Shown: positions 1 through 9,762 of the stretch, piece after piece
How positions within the stretch are numbered: the stretch's first letter is position 1
Layout: the number at the start of each line of letters is the position of its first letter
Assembly (NCBI GenBank): GCA_964435265.1
Contig: CAYSYY010000002.1
Coordinates: 1 to 27,485, forward strand
Source of the DNA: an uncultured Gemmatimonadota bacterium
GTDB taxonomy: Bacteria; Blakebacterota; Blakebacteria; Blakebacterales; Blakebacteraceae
Direction of reading: 5' to 3'
Length of the DNA stretch: 27,485 nt
Position numbers and translations under genes: made by a program
Notes under the pieces: model-generated
What the model was told of the DNA's origin: nothing
Database searches by the model: none
Seen by the model: only the letters and a program-made list of their open reading frames with translations

Positions 1-1
1 G

Positions 2-781
2 CTGGATGATGATACCCAGTTCCTGACCCGTCCCGACCCACTCACCCTTCTCCGGATTGAGCTCGCGCACGATCCCGACGGTGCCGGCCCGCACGTGCAG
101 CGCGTCGACCCGGTTGTTCTGGAAATCAGCCAGTTCGCGCAGGCGGGCCACGCGCGACTGCTCGGCCTCGAGGGTTCGCAGCATGCCCTCGTTCATGATC
201 GCGAGCGTGCGCTGCTCGATATCGAGCTGGGTGGTGAGGAAGTTGACCTCATCCTGGGTGCGCAGGAGATCGTTGAGGGCTACCTCCTCCCGTGCGGCGT
301 TGTAGGAATCCAGCCGCCGCTGGGCATCGCGGAGTTCGTTGCGGGTCCGCTCCACCGAGGCTTCCTGGTTCAGGCGGTTCGTCTCCAGGGTGCCTCGCAG
401 GTTGGCCAGATTCGCCTCGGCGGCCGCCAGCTGCTGCTGGGCCTCGAGGGCGCTCAGTTCCACATCCCGGTTGCTCAGGATGAGCAGGACCGTCTCGGGA
501 TCGACCGCCGCCCCCGGCTCGACCAGCACATCCTCCACCTTGCCGCCGGTTATGGCCGAGACATGCAGGATGTTCTTCGGGCGCAGATTGCCGCTCCCCC
601 GCACCTGGCGCAGCATGGGCGACCGCTTGACCACGTCGGTCCAGATCAGCGCCCCGTCCACCGTCGGCGCGGCGGGCTCGAGACGGCGCAGGAAGACGGT
701 GATCGCGGCCACCGCCACGACGGCCAGCGCGAGCCAGATATATTTCTTGCCCTTGCCCTTCGGCTCTCGAGGAATATCCAC
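2..781 (-). CDS. Efflux RND/ABC transporter periplasmic adaptor subunit (HlyD/MacA-like membrane fusion protein); C-terminal part runs off the window edge
   Basis: Translated by hand (not in the ORF track): GTG at 781, MDIPREPKGKGKKYIWLALAVVAVAAITVFL (membrane anchor), lipoyl-like half-motif SAITGGKVEDVLVEPGAAV, long coiled-coil hairpin, second half-motif VRAGTVGIVRELNPEKGEWV; frame stays open to base 2. Confidence 0.85.
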   Translation of the reverse strand, partial: MDIPREPKGKGKKYIWLALAVVAVAAITVFLRRLEPAAPTVDGALIWTDVVKRSPMLRQVRGSGNLRPKNILHVSAITGGKVEDVLVEPGAAVDPETVLLILSNRDVELSALEAQQQLAAAEANLANLRGTLETNRLNQEASVERTRNELRDAQRRLDSYNAAREEVALNDLLRTQDEVNFLTTQLDIEQRTLAIMNEGMLRTLEAEQSRVARLRELADFQNNRVDALHVRAGTVGIVRELNPEKGEWVGTGQELGIIIQ

Positions 782-874
782 TCTCTATCCCGACCTTCCC
801 CTGTATTTCACGTCTCTTCCCGGGCACCGGGAGCCTCCGCCGGACCGGGAGGATCGGTGCCGATTATCATGAAA

Positions 875-891
875 AGCACAAAGCGTGCCAG
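875..891 (-). promoter_or_regulatory. Putative sigma-54 (-24/-12) promoter for the efflux adaptor gene
   Basis: Minus strand reads CTGGCACGCTTTGTGCT versus consensus YTGGCACG-N4-TTGCW; GG and GC are exactly 10 nt apart, with one mismatch (GT for TT); about 95 nt upstream of the GTG start. Confidence 0.7.
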
Positions 892-984
892 TATCGCGTC
901 GTTGGCGCCGTCCCGGCCTGGCCGGGCTGACCGTACCCCACTGCGGCGGCGACGCGACCTCAACCGCCCGCCCGCGGAACGCCT

Positions 985-1001
985 TGTCCCATAAGCGGAC
1001 A
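985..1001. promoter_or_regulatory. Inverted repeat TGTCC-N7-GGACA, candidate upstream activator (bEBP) site
   Basis: TGTCC cataagc GGACA, centred about 100 bp upstream of the -24 element, the usual position of sigma-54 enhancer sites (TGT-Nx-ACA type). Confidence 0.5.
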
Positions 1002-1032
1002 TAGGAAGAGTACGGCATTTCTACGCAGGAGG

Positions 1033-1914
1033 TTACACAGATTCCGTCCCCCCGGTCCCGGCCAGTCGCCGGAGCCGGGCCAGGTTGCGCCGGTCGGCAT
1101 CGCCCTCTTTGGGTGTTTCCAGGATCTTGGGGACGGGCCGCAGGCGGGGATCGGTCATGATGAAACGGAAGCCGGCGTCGCCGATCTCTCCCTCGCCGAT
1201 GTGGGCATGGCGGTCACGACGCGATCCCCGGGGAGCACGGCTGTCGTTGAGGTGCAGAGCGTATACGGTCCCGAGCCCCACCGCGGCGTCAAACGCCCGG
1301 ATGGTCGTCTCGTAGCCGGCCTCGTCGCGCAGTTCGTATCCGGCTGCGAAGAGGTGGCAGGTATCCAGACAGATGCCGGTGCGCCCGGGAGCATCCACGG
1401 CCGCGAGGATCCGGGCGAGTTCGTCGGCCCGGGCGCCCAGCAGGGTGCCCGCCCCCGTGGTGGTCTCGAAGAGGAGGCGGGTCCGGATCCCGGGAGTCCG
1501 GTCGAAGATCCGCTGCATGGCCGCGGCGATCCGGGCGATCCCCCGTTCCGTCCCCGCCCCCCCGTGGGCTCCGGGGTGCAGGATCAGCCCGGGCAATCCG
1601 AGCCGGTGGCAGCGCCGGAGCTCATCCACCGTGCAGGCGATCGACCGCTCCCGGATGGCGGCCTGACCGCTGGCCAGGTTGACCAGGTAGGTATTGTGGG
1701 CCAGCACCGGCCAGATGCCGGTCCGGGCCCGCTCGGCGGCGAAGCGTGCGGCTTCCTCGTCGGTGAGCGGCGTGCCCCGCCAGCGGTTGTTGTTCTTCAC
1801 GAAGATCTGCATCACCGTACACCCGCAGGCCTCGGCCCGGGCGAAAGCCCGGGAGACGCCCCCGGCGATCGACATGTGGCTGCCGAGGGGGAGTGGCGCG
1901 GGGGACTCCGGCAC
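1033..1914 (-). CDS. nfo: Endonuclease IV (AP endonuclease family 2)
   Basis: LGSHMSIAGG N-terminus, MQIFVKN, AHNTYLVNL, LHPG, FETT, CLDTCH, HLNDS, DRHAHIGEG, ILETP: all metal-ligand motifs are present. Confidence 0.95.
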   Translation of the reverse strand: MPESPAPLPLGSHMSIAGGVSRAFARAEACGCTVMQIFVKNNNRWRGTPLTDEEAARFAAERARTGIWPVLAHNTYLVNLASGQAAIRERSIACTVDELRRCHRLGLPGLILHPGAHGGAGTERGIARIAAAMQRIFDRTPGIRTRLLFETTTGAGTLLGARADELARILAAVDAPGRTGICLDTCHLFAAGYELRDEAGYETTIRAFDAAVGLGTVYALHLNDSRAPRGSRRDRHAHIGEGEIGDAGFRFIMTDPRLRPVPKILETPKEGDADRRNLARLRRLAGTGGTESV

Positions 1915-1918
1915 CGGC

Positions 1919-3115
1919 CTACTCCACCTGGAGCGCCAGACTCGTCAGATAGGCGGTTTCGGGGGCGGTGATCAGCGGGGGGTGATCGGCGCTCTGGGCG
2001 CCGCGGCCGAGGACGCGCACGTGCCGGCCGGTGAGGGCGGCGGCATGAGCGACGGTATCGGTGAAGGTCTCGGGGGAGACGTGGTGGGAACAGGAACTGG
2101 TGATGAGAGTCCCGCCGGGCCGCACCACCTCGAAGCCCTTCCGGTTCAGGTCGAGGTAGCCGCGGAGCCCGGCCTTCAGGTGCCGGCGGTTCCTCACGAA
2201 GGCCGGCGGATCCAGGATGACGGTATCGAACTGCCGGCCCGCGCTCCGGTACGCCTTCAGTACCTCGATCACATCCGCACGCCGCCACTCGACCCGGTCG
2301 GTGAGGTCGTTGGCGGCGGCATGCCGGGCGGCGGCGGCGAGCGCCTCGCCCGAAGTATCGACCCCGACCGCCCGTTCGGCCCCGGCGCGCAGGGCGAGCA
2401 TCGCCCAGACTCCCTGGTAGCAGTGGCCGTCGAGAACGTCGCCGGTTCTCCCCGGCAGGAAGCGGCGCTGGTTGTCGCGCTGATCGAGAAAGAGACCTGT
2501 CTTCTGCCCCGCCGCCAGGTCGATGGTGAGACGCAGTCCCTCGTAGTCCACGCTCAGCCCCGGATCGGGTTCTCCGGCCAGCACCGCAACGCCTTCCTCG
2601 AGTCCTTCGAGGCGCCGCACCGGAGTATCATTGCGGGCCACGATGCAGGCCGGTTCCAGCCGCTGCTGCAGCAGGGGAAGAACCAGCGGCAGGAGCGCCT
2701 CCATACCCGCCGTGGTGACCTGCAGGGCGAGGTGATCGCCGTAGCGGTCCACCACCAGTCCGGGCAGGCCGTCCCCTTCGGAGTAGACGAGGCGGACGGC
2801 CCCGGCGCCGGGGTAGAGCCGTTCGCGCAGCGCGATCGCCGCCTCCAGGCGATCGGCCAGAAAGGCCGCATCCACCGGGCCCGGGCCGCGGCGCAGGAGC
2901 CGGATCGCGATCAGGGAGCGGGGATTGATATACCCGGTCCCGAGGAGTTCCCCCCCGCTCGACAGAACCTGTACCAGCTCACCGGGAGCGAAACCGGAGG
3001 GGCCTTCGGCCAGCTCGTTGGAGAAGATCCACGGGTGCCCCCGCCGTACGCGGCGGTCGTGGCCGCGCGCCAGACGGATACTGCGACAGTCAGCCGGCAT
3101 CTCGGGCGGGTTCAT
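1919..3115 (-). CDS. Class I SAM-dependent rRNA methyltransferase, RlmI/YwbD-like (PUA + MTase)
   Basis: GHPWIFSNE (PUA), VYSEGDGLPGLVVDRYG, GQKTGLFLDQRDN, ILDPPAF, TSSCS catalytic Cys. Confidence 0.92.
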   Translation of the reverse strand: MNPPEMPADCRSIRLARGHDRRVRRGHPWIFSNELAEGPSGFAPGELVQVLSSGGELLGTGYINPRSLIAIRLLRRGPGPVDAAFLADRLEAAIALRERLYPGAGAVRLVYSEGDGLPGLVVDRYGDHLALQVTTAGMEALLPLVLPLLQQRLEPACIVARNDTPVRRLEGLEEGVAVLAGEPDPGLSVDYEGLRLTIDLAAGQKTGLFLDQRDNQRRFLPGRTGDVLDGHCYQGVWAMLALRAGAERAVGVDTSGEALAAAARHAAANDLTDRVEWRRADVIEVLKAYRSAGRQFDTVILDPPAFVRNRRHLKAGLRGYLDLNRKGFEVVRPGGTLITSSCSHHVSPETFTDTVAHAAALTGRHVRVLGRGAQSADHPPLITAPETAYLTSLALQVE

Positions 3116-3137
3116 GACCGTGCGGGACGGAACCGGC

Positions 3138-4445
3138 TCAGGAGAAACGGGTCAGTTCATGGTTGAAGGCGACCGCCGCGAACTGCCCCTCCTCGTTGCT
3201 CTCCCGGCGAACCAGGTAGCCGTCCACCTGCAGGATGACGGGACTCCCGTCGGATTCGGTGAAGGGATTGTGGATGCTCAGGTTCAGCGCGGTGCTGAGC
3301 TGGAGCTCGCGGCGGTGGGGGAAGTAGGCTCCCCCGGCCGAGATGTTGCGGATGGTGGTCTGTTCCTCGAAGACGCCGCTGCTGTCCTCACCCTGGACGA
3401 GGGTGTTGAGCCGGATCGGGATCCGGCGGAAGCTGCGCCGCTCGTCCTCCTTCAACGGCTCGAAGACGACGATCCGGTCCTTCCCGTCGGCCTTGGCCAG
3501 GTAGAGGGCGATATCGGCGTGGTTCACCAGCTCGGTGTCGTCACGCGCATCGCGGGGGTGCGAGGCGATCCCCAGGGAGACGGTAAAGCGGCCCGCGTCA
3601 GGGCCGGGTACACTGGTGATCTCGACGTGAGCGGTGGCGGCGCGGATACGTTCGGCCACCACGGTGGCCAGATCGATCGGGGTCTGCGGCAGGAGGATGG
3701 CGAATTCTTCGCCTCCGTACCGCACCACGTCGTCGATCGATCGGACGTTCTCGAGCAGGACCGCAGCCAGTGAGCGCAGGGCCTGATCGCCGGCCGGGTG
3801 CCCGTGGGTGTCGTTGTACATCTTGAAATCGTCGATATCGAGCATGATCAGGCTCAGGGGGTGCCCGAAGCGGCGCGCCCGCGAGATCTCGCTGGCCAGC
3901 CGCTGCTCGAAATGCCGCCGGTTCCCGAGTCCGGTGAGGGCGTCGGTGACCGACTCCTTCTGCAGACGCTGGATGCTCTCCAGGAACCGGTGACGTTCCA
4001 GCGAGAGACCCGTGACCCGGGCGATGAGTTCCGCCAGTTCCTGGTGGTCGGTGTCGAAAGCCGACCCGTCGGTGCGGTCGGTGAGGTTCAGCACGGCGAC
4101 CGGCGCGCCGGCGGAGATGATCGGGACGCTGAGGAACGAGGCGGTCCGGTAGCGCCGGCTGCTCAGGGCCGCCAGCCGCGGGTCTCCGGCCACGTCGGTC
4201 ACCAGGAGCGGTTCGCCCGAGGCGAGAACCTGACCGGCGATCCCCTCGAGGGGATCCCGACCCGGCCAGTGCATCGCGCGCACCTGCAGCAATCCCGATT
4301 CCGACCTGGTCACCACCGAAACCTTATCGGCACTGAGCAGACGGGCGGCATACGCCACCACGCAATGGAGCGTTGCGTCGGTGTCCTCGGTATTTTCGAG
4401 GGCCTGCAGGAAATCCCTCAGACCCTGCCGTTCGTTTCCGGTCAT
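3138..4445 (-). CDS. Diguanylate cyclase, GAF-GGDEF-PilZ architecture
   Basis: GAF (GIAGQVLASGEPLLVTDV...SFLSVPI), DALTGLGNRR, DIDDFKMYNDTHGHPAGD, RSID-x5-GGEEF, then PilZ motifs RSFRR and NISAGG. Confidence 0.92.
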   Translation of the reverse strand: MTGNERQGLRDFLQALENTEDTDATLHCVVAYAARLLSADKVSVVTRSESGLLQVRAMHWPGRDPLEGIAGQVLASGEPLLVTDVAGDPRLAALSSRRYRTASFLSVPIISAGAPVAVLNLTDRTDGSAFDTDHQELAELIARVTGLSLERHRFLESIQRLQKESVTDALTGLGNRRHFEQRLASEISRARRFGHPLSLIMLDIDDFKMYNDTHGHPAGDQALRSLAAVLLENVRSIDDVVRYGGEEFAILLPQTPIDLATVVAERIRAATAHVEITSVPGPDAGRFTVSLGIASHPRDARDDTELVNHADIALYLAKADGKDRIVVFEPLKEDERRSFRRIPIRLNTLVQGEDSSGVFEEQTTIRNISAGGAYFPHRRELQLSTALNLSIHNPFTESDGSPVILQVDGYLVRRESNEEGQFAAVAFNHELTRFS

Positions 4446-4566
4446 AGATCGTACGGGGGCTGGTGGAAACCTCCCGGCGGACGCGCTTCCGTCGAAAAAA
4501 TACGAAGGGTATACGATACCACACTCCCCCTCCCGCCGCCTACCTCAAAAAAGGATTGCCGGCCGG

Positions 4567-4596
4567 TTGCTCCGGCGCCGGCGGCGCTGGTACGAT
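4567..4596 (+). promoter_or_regulatory. Possible sigma-70-type promoter (TTGCTC-N18-TACGAT with extended TGn) directly before the peptidase start
   Basis: TTGCTC 4567-4572, TG-G-TACGAT 4588-4596; no SD-like sequence before ATG 4597 or ATG 4603. Confidence 0.35.
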
Positions 4597-4602
4597 ATGA
4601 TC

Positions 4603-5817
<1,215 letters not shown>

Positions 5818-5887
5818 CGCCGCGGCGGGTGGACCGTACCCGGGACACGCCCCCGTGTCCGGGCCCTGAGGAGGAGGACGAAACGCG

Positions 5888-6955
5888 ATGAACGAGAACG
5901 TGAGCCGCCGGAACTTCCTGGAGCGTACCGCGGGCGTGACGGCCGGTGCGGCGCTGTTCCCGGGGGTGCCGAACCTGAACCTGCGCTACGGGATCGGGTC
6001 GCCCCCCGGACTCCCCCTGGTGCTGGTCTCGGGGCGCAAGACCTGGGCCTCGGACGCCGCCTGGGAGGTGCTGGCGGCGGGGGGGGAAGCGCTCGACGCG
6101 GTACACTCCGGCGCCATGGCGGCCGAGGTCTACCCCCGGGACACGGGTGTCGGGGTGGGCGGCCTGCCCAACGAGGAGGGAGTCGTACAACTCGACTGCT
6201 CGATCATGGACGGCAGATCGATGCAGTGCGGCGCGGTCGGCTGCATCGAGGGGATCGAACACCCCTCCAGCGTGGCCCGGGCGGTCATGGAGTGGACCGA
6301 CCACTGCATGATCGTCGGTCCCTACGCCACCGAGTTCGCCGTGAAGATGGGGCACCAGGTCACCGACATCGCCGATGAATCCAGCCGGAGCTGGTACCGA
6401 CGCTGGGTGGGTGAGCGCAGCGCCACCGACGACTGGCTGGACCGGGAGGAATCGGCCGCCAAGATGAAGCGGCCTCTGCCCCCCAGCGAGCGCGGGCGCC
6501 GGCAGCGGGAGCTGGAGCGGACCTGGGGCACGATCAACGTGCTGGCGGTGGATGCCCGGGGTCAGGTGGCCGGCTGCACCACCACCTCGGGGCTGTCGGG
6601 GAAGATCCCGGGGCGCTGCGGCGATTCCCCCATCATCGGCGCCGGTCTCTACGTGCTGCGCGACGTGGGCGCGGCCGGCTTCACCGGCCGGGGCGAGGAG
6701 GTGATCCGGGTCTGCGGCGGATTCACCATCTGTGAGAACATGCGGCGTGGCCTGAGCCCGACCGAGGCGTGCCGCGAGGCGATCCGGCGGATGGTGGAAG
6801 AGACCAACGACGGCCGGGCGGATTTCTCCGACAACGCCGTCGCCATCAACACCCGGGGTGAATACGGCTCCTTCAGCGTCACGCAGGGGTACACCTTCAT
6901 CATCCACAACCCCGACGGTCAGCAGACCGTCACCGGGGAGTACTGGCAGGGCTGA
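5888..6955 (+). CDS. Type-2 asparaginase family Ntn hydrolase (glycosylasparaginase/isoaspartyl peptidase-like), Tat signal peptide
   Basis: SRRNFL twin-arginine motif; VGVGGLPNEEGVVQLDCSIMDG; G|TINVLAVD nucleophile Thr; TTSGLSGKIPGRCGDSPIIGAG; FTGRGE. Confidence 0.9.
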   Translation: MNENVSRRNFLERTAGVTAGAALFPGVPNLNLRYGIGSPPGLPLVLVSGRKTWASDAAWEVLAAGGEALDAVHSGAMAAEVYPRDTGVGVGGLPNEEGVVQLDCSIMDGRSMQCGAVGCIEGIEHPSSVARAVMEWTDHCMIVGPYATEFAVKMGHQVTDIADESSRSWYRRWVGERSATDDWLDREESAAKMKRPLPPSERGRRQRELERTWGTINVLAVDARGQVAGCTTTSGLSGKIPGRCGDSPIIGAGLYVLRDVGAAGFTGRGEEVIRVCGGFTICENMRRGLSPTEACREAIRRMVEETNDGRADFSDNAVAINTRGEYGSFSVTQGYTFIIHNPDGQQTVTGEYWQG

Positions 6956-6966
6956 GGCAGACACGG

Positions 6967-9735
6967 ATGGCCATGTCCGGTGAGATCGACGACGGCGCTG
7001 GTCCGACCGACCGCGGCCGCTCCCGGGATCCATGGAGTGCCGGGGGAACCGATCCGGTGAAGCGACCGGAAGGGTGGTGGCGGTCCCTGGTCGATCACGC
7101 CCCCAACATCATCACCATCGTGTCCCCCGATGAAACCATCGCCTACATCAACCGGCCCGTCCCGGGGCTGTCGCACGACGAGGTCGTCGGGCGCAGTGTC
7201 TTCGCGTTCATCGCGCCCGCCTTCCACGATCTGGCCCGGGAGAAGATCGATCACGTCCTCCGGACCGGAGAGCAGACCTCGTTTGTCTCGCAGGCCACCG
7301 GTCCCGACGGCGGCCTCGCCTGGTACGACAACCAGCTCGGTCCCCTGCTGATCGACGGCGAGGTCGCGGCCGTCATCTTCATGGCCACCGACATCACCGC
7401 CGCCCGGGAAGCGGAGGCCGCCCTCAAGGAGAGCGAGGAGAAGTTCCGGACGCTCTTCGACATCTCCCCGCTCGCCGCCGTGTACTGCGACCTCGAGGGG
7501 AACATCCTGGCGTGCAACCGCCGGTTCACGGAGATACACACTCTGCCCGGGGATCCCGAGGAGCAGGCCGGACGGAACGTGGCGGAGTTTTTCCACGATG
7601 ATGAGCGCGCGCGTCTGCGCGCGACGATCCAGCTGACCGTCGAGGGCCGCCGCCCCCCCGCACCGGTCGAGTACACCATGCTCCGGGCCGACGGCACCAC
7701 CTTCCAGGCCGAGGCGCTAAGCTGTGTCACCACCGACGCCGCCGGGCGTCCGATCGGCCTGCTCGCCCTGGCCTGGGACGTGTCCGAACGGCGGGCGGCG
7801 GAACGGCAGCTCCTCGAGAGCGAGCAGAAGCTCAGCCGGATCCTCGCCTCGCTCTCCGAGATCGTGTTCGAGACCGATGCGGCAGGGAACCTGATCTTCG
7901 TCAACGAGGCCGGATACAGGACCTTCGGGTATTCGCAGAAGGATCTGGCGGCGGGATTGAACGTCCTGCAGATGCTGGTCCCGGAGGACCGCGAGCCGGC
8001 CCGGCGGAACATCGCCCGGATCCTCGACGGGACCGACCTGGGGGCGAACGAGTACACCGCCCTCACCAAAGACGGCGGGCGGATCCCGGTCCTGATCCAT
8101 TCCGTCCCCCGGATACTTGAGGGGCGACCGGCCGGTCTGCTCGGAACGATCGTGGATATCACGCACCGCCAGGAGGCCGAGGAGGAGCAGCGCCGGATCA
8201 CCGAGGCGCTGCGCGCCGAGCGCGACCGCATCCGGACCATCCTCGACCTGGTGGGGGACATCGTGATGGTGCTCGATCCCGACGGCACGGTCGACGGTAT
8301 CAACCGGCAGGGCTGCAAGATCCTGGGGCGCCCGGAAGAGGAGATCGTGGGCCGGGACTGGTTCGACACCTTCCTGCCGGAGCGGCTGAGAAACGAGGTT
8401 CGTGGCGTCTTCGACGGTCTGATCCGAGGCGAGACCGAACTCGTCCGGCGGTTCGAGAACCCGGTCCTGACGGCCTCGGGGGCCGAGCGCCAGATCACCT
8501 GGCACAACAGCGCTCTATACGACGAGAACGGTTCGATCCTCAACATCATCTCGTCGGGCACCGACGTCACCGAGCGCCGGAACCTGGAGCTGCAGCTCCT
8601 GCAGGCCCAGAAGATGGAGGCGATCGGGCGCCTGGCCGGCGGCATCGCCCATGACTTCAACAACCTGCTGACCGTGATCTCGGGCAGCGTCGAACTGGCC
8701 CAGGGGCGCACCGATCCGGCCTCGCTGCACGCCCGGCTCGGGACGATCGGGCAGGCGGCCCGCCAGGCCGCCGATCTCACCTCCCAGCTTCTGACTTTCA
8801 GCAGCCGGCGCCCGGCCCACCCCGAACTGACCGGTCTGCGGAAGGCCGTGGCCGATTCCCTGAAGATCCTCCGGCGCACCGTCAGCGAGGACATCACCCT
8901 GAAGGTCGAATCCGGCGACGAGGCCCTGCCCGTCATGATCGATCCGGGGCACGTCAACCAGATCCTGATGAACCTCGTCGTGAACGCCCGGGACGCCATG
9001 CCGTCGGGGGGTACGATCGACATCCGGACCGCCCGGGTCGAGCTCTCCCCGGACCGCCTCGCCGTTCACGAGGATCGGGAGCCGGGAGCGTACGCTCAGA
9101 TCGCGGTGTCAGACCACGGGGTGGGCATGACCGAGGAGCAGCAGTCCCGTATCTTAGAGCCCTTCTTCACCACCAAGGCGCCGGGGAAGGGGACCGGCCT
9201 GGGCCTGGCGACGGTCTACGGCATCGTCGCCCAGAACGCCGGGATCATCGAGGTCGAGAGCGCTCCGGGGACCGGCACGACCGTCTCGGTGTTCTTCCCG
9301 ATCGTCGCGGCTGACCGTCTGCCGGCCGCCGGGGACGAGAGCGAGGGAGCCGTCAGCGGCGGTTCGGAGCGGATCGTGGTGGTCGAAGACGAGACGGCGG
9401 TCCGCGACCTGGCCCGGGAGATCCTCGAGACCATGGGGTACGAGGTGGTCGTCTACGCTTCACCCGGGGAGGTTCTGACCGCCTTCGCGAGCGGGGAGGC
9501 GGCCCGACCCGACCTCCTCATCACCGATGTGATCATGCCCGGCATGAGCGGAGTGGAGATGGTCCGGCGACTGCAGGAGATGACCGGCGAGATCCCCGTT
9601 CTGCTGATGAGCGGATATGCCGATGACGCTCTCGCGGAGAAAGGCCTGGCCGAGCCGACCTACCTCCTCATGAACAAGCCCTTCTCCCTGCAGGAGCTGT
9701 GTACGAAGGTCCGGGAGATCCTCGACCGGCGCTGA
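6967..9735 (+). CDS. Cytoplasmic hybrid sensor histidine kinase: 4 PAS/PAC + HisKA + HATPase + receiver
   Basis: Four PAS-PAC units ending TDIT/WDVS/VDIT/TDVT; H-box IAHDFNNLL; N-box [10 protein letters not shown]; DHGVGM, PFFTTK, GTGLGL; receiver [14 protein letters not shown]...KPF; no transmembrane segment seen. Confidence 0.95.
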   Translation: MAMSGEIDDGAGPTDRGRSRDPWSAGGTDPVKRPEGWWRSLVDHAPNIITIVSPDETIAYINRPVPGLSHDEVVGRSVFAFIAPAFHDLAREKIDHVLRTGEQTSFVSQATGPDGGLAWYDNQLGPLLIDGEVAAVIFMATDITAAREAEAALKESEEKFRTLFDISPLAAVYCDLEGNILACNRRFTEIHTLPGDPEEQAGRNVAEFFHDDERARLRATIQLTVEGRRPPAPVEYTMLRADGTTFQAEALSCVTTDAAGRPIGLLALAWDVSERRAAERQLLESEQKLSRILASLSEIVFETDAAGNLIFVNEAGYRTFGYSQKDLAAGLNVLQMLVPEDREPARRNIARILDGTDLGANEYTALTKDGGRIPVLIHSVPRILEGRPAGLLGTIVDITHRQEAEEEQRRITEALRAERDRIRTILDLVGDIVMVLDPDGTVDGINRQGCKILGRPEEEIVGRDWFDTFLPERLRNEVRGVFDGLIRGETELVRRFENPVLTASGAERQITWHNSALYDENGSILNIISSGTDVTERRNLELQLLQAQKMEAIGRLAGGIAHDFNNLLTVISGSVELAQGRTDPASLHARLGTIGQAARQAADLTSQLLTFSSRRPAHPELTGLRKAVADSLKILRRTVSEDITLKVESGDEALPVMIDPGHVNQILMNLVVNARDAMPSGGTIDIRTARVELSPDRLAVHEDREPGAYAQIAVSDHGVGMTEEQQSRILEPFFTTKAPGKGTGLGLATVYGIVAQNAGIIEVESAPGTGTTVSVFFPIVAADRLPAAGDESEGAVSGGSERIVVVEDETAVRDLAREILETMGYEVVVYASPGEVLTAFASGEAARPDLLITDVIMPGMSGVEMVRRLQEMTGEIPVLLMSGYADDALAEKGLAEPTYLLMNKPFSLQELCTKVREILDRR

Positions 9736-9762
9736 GCGGCCGACGGGAACCGGGCAGCCGAT

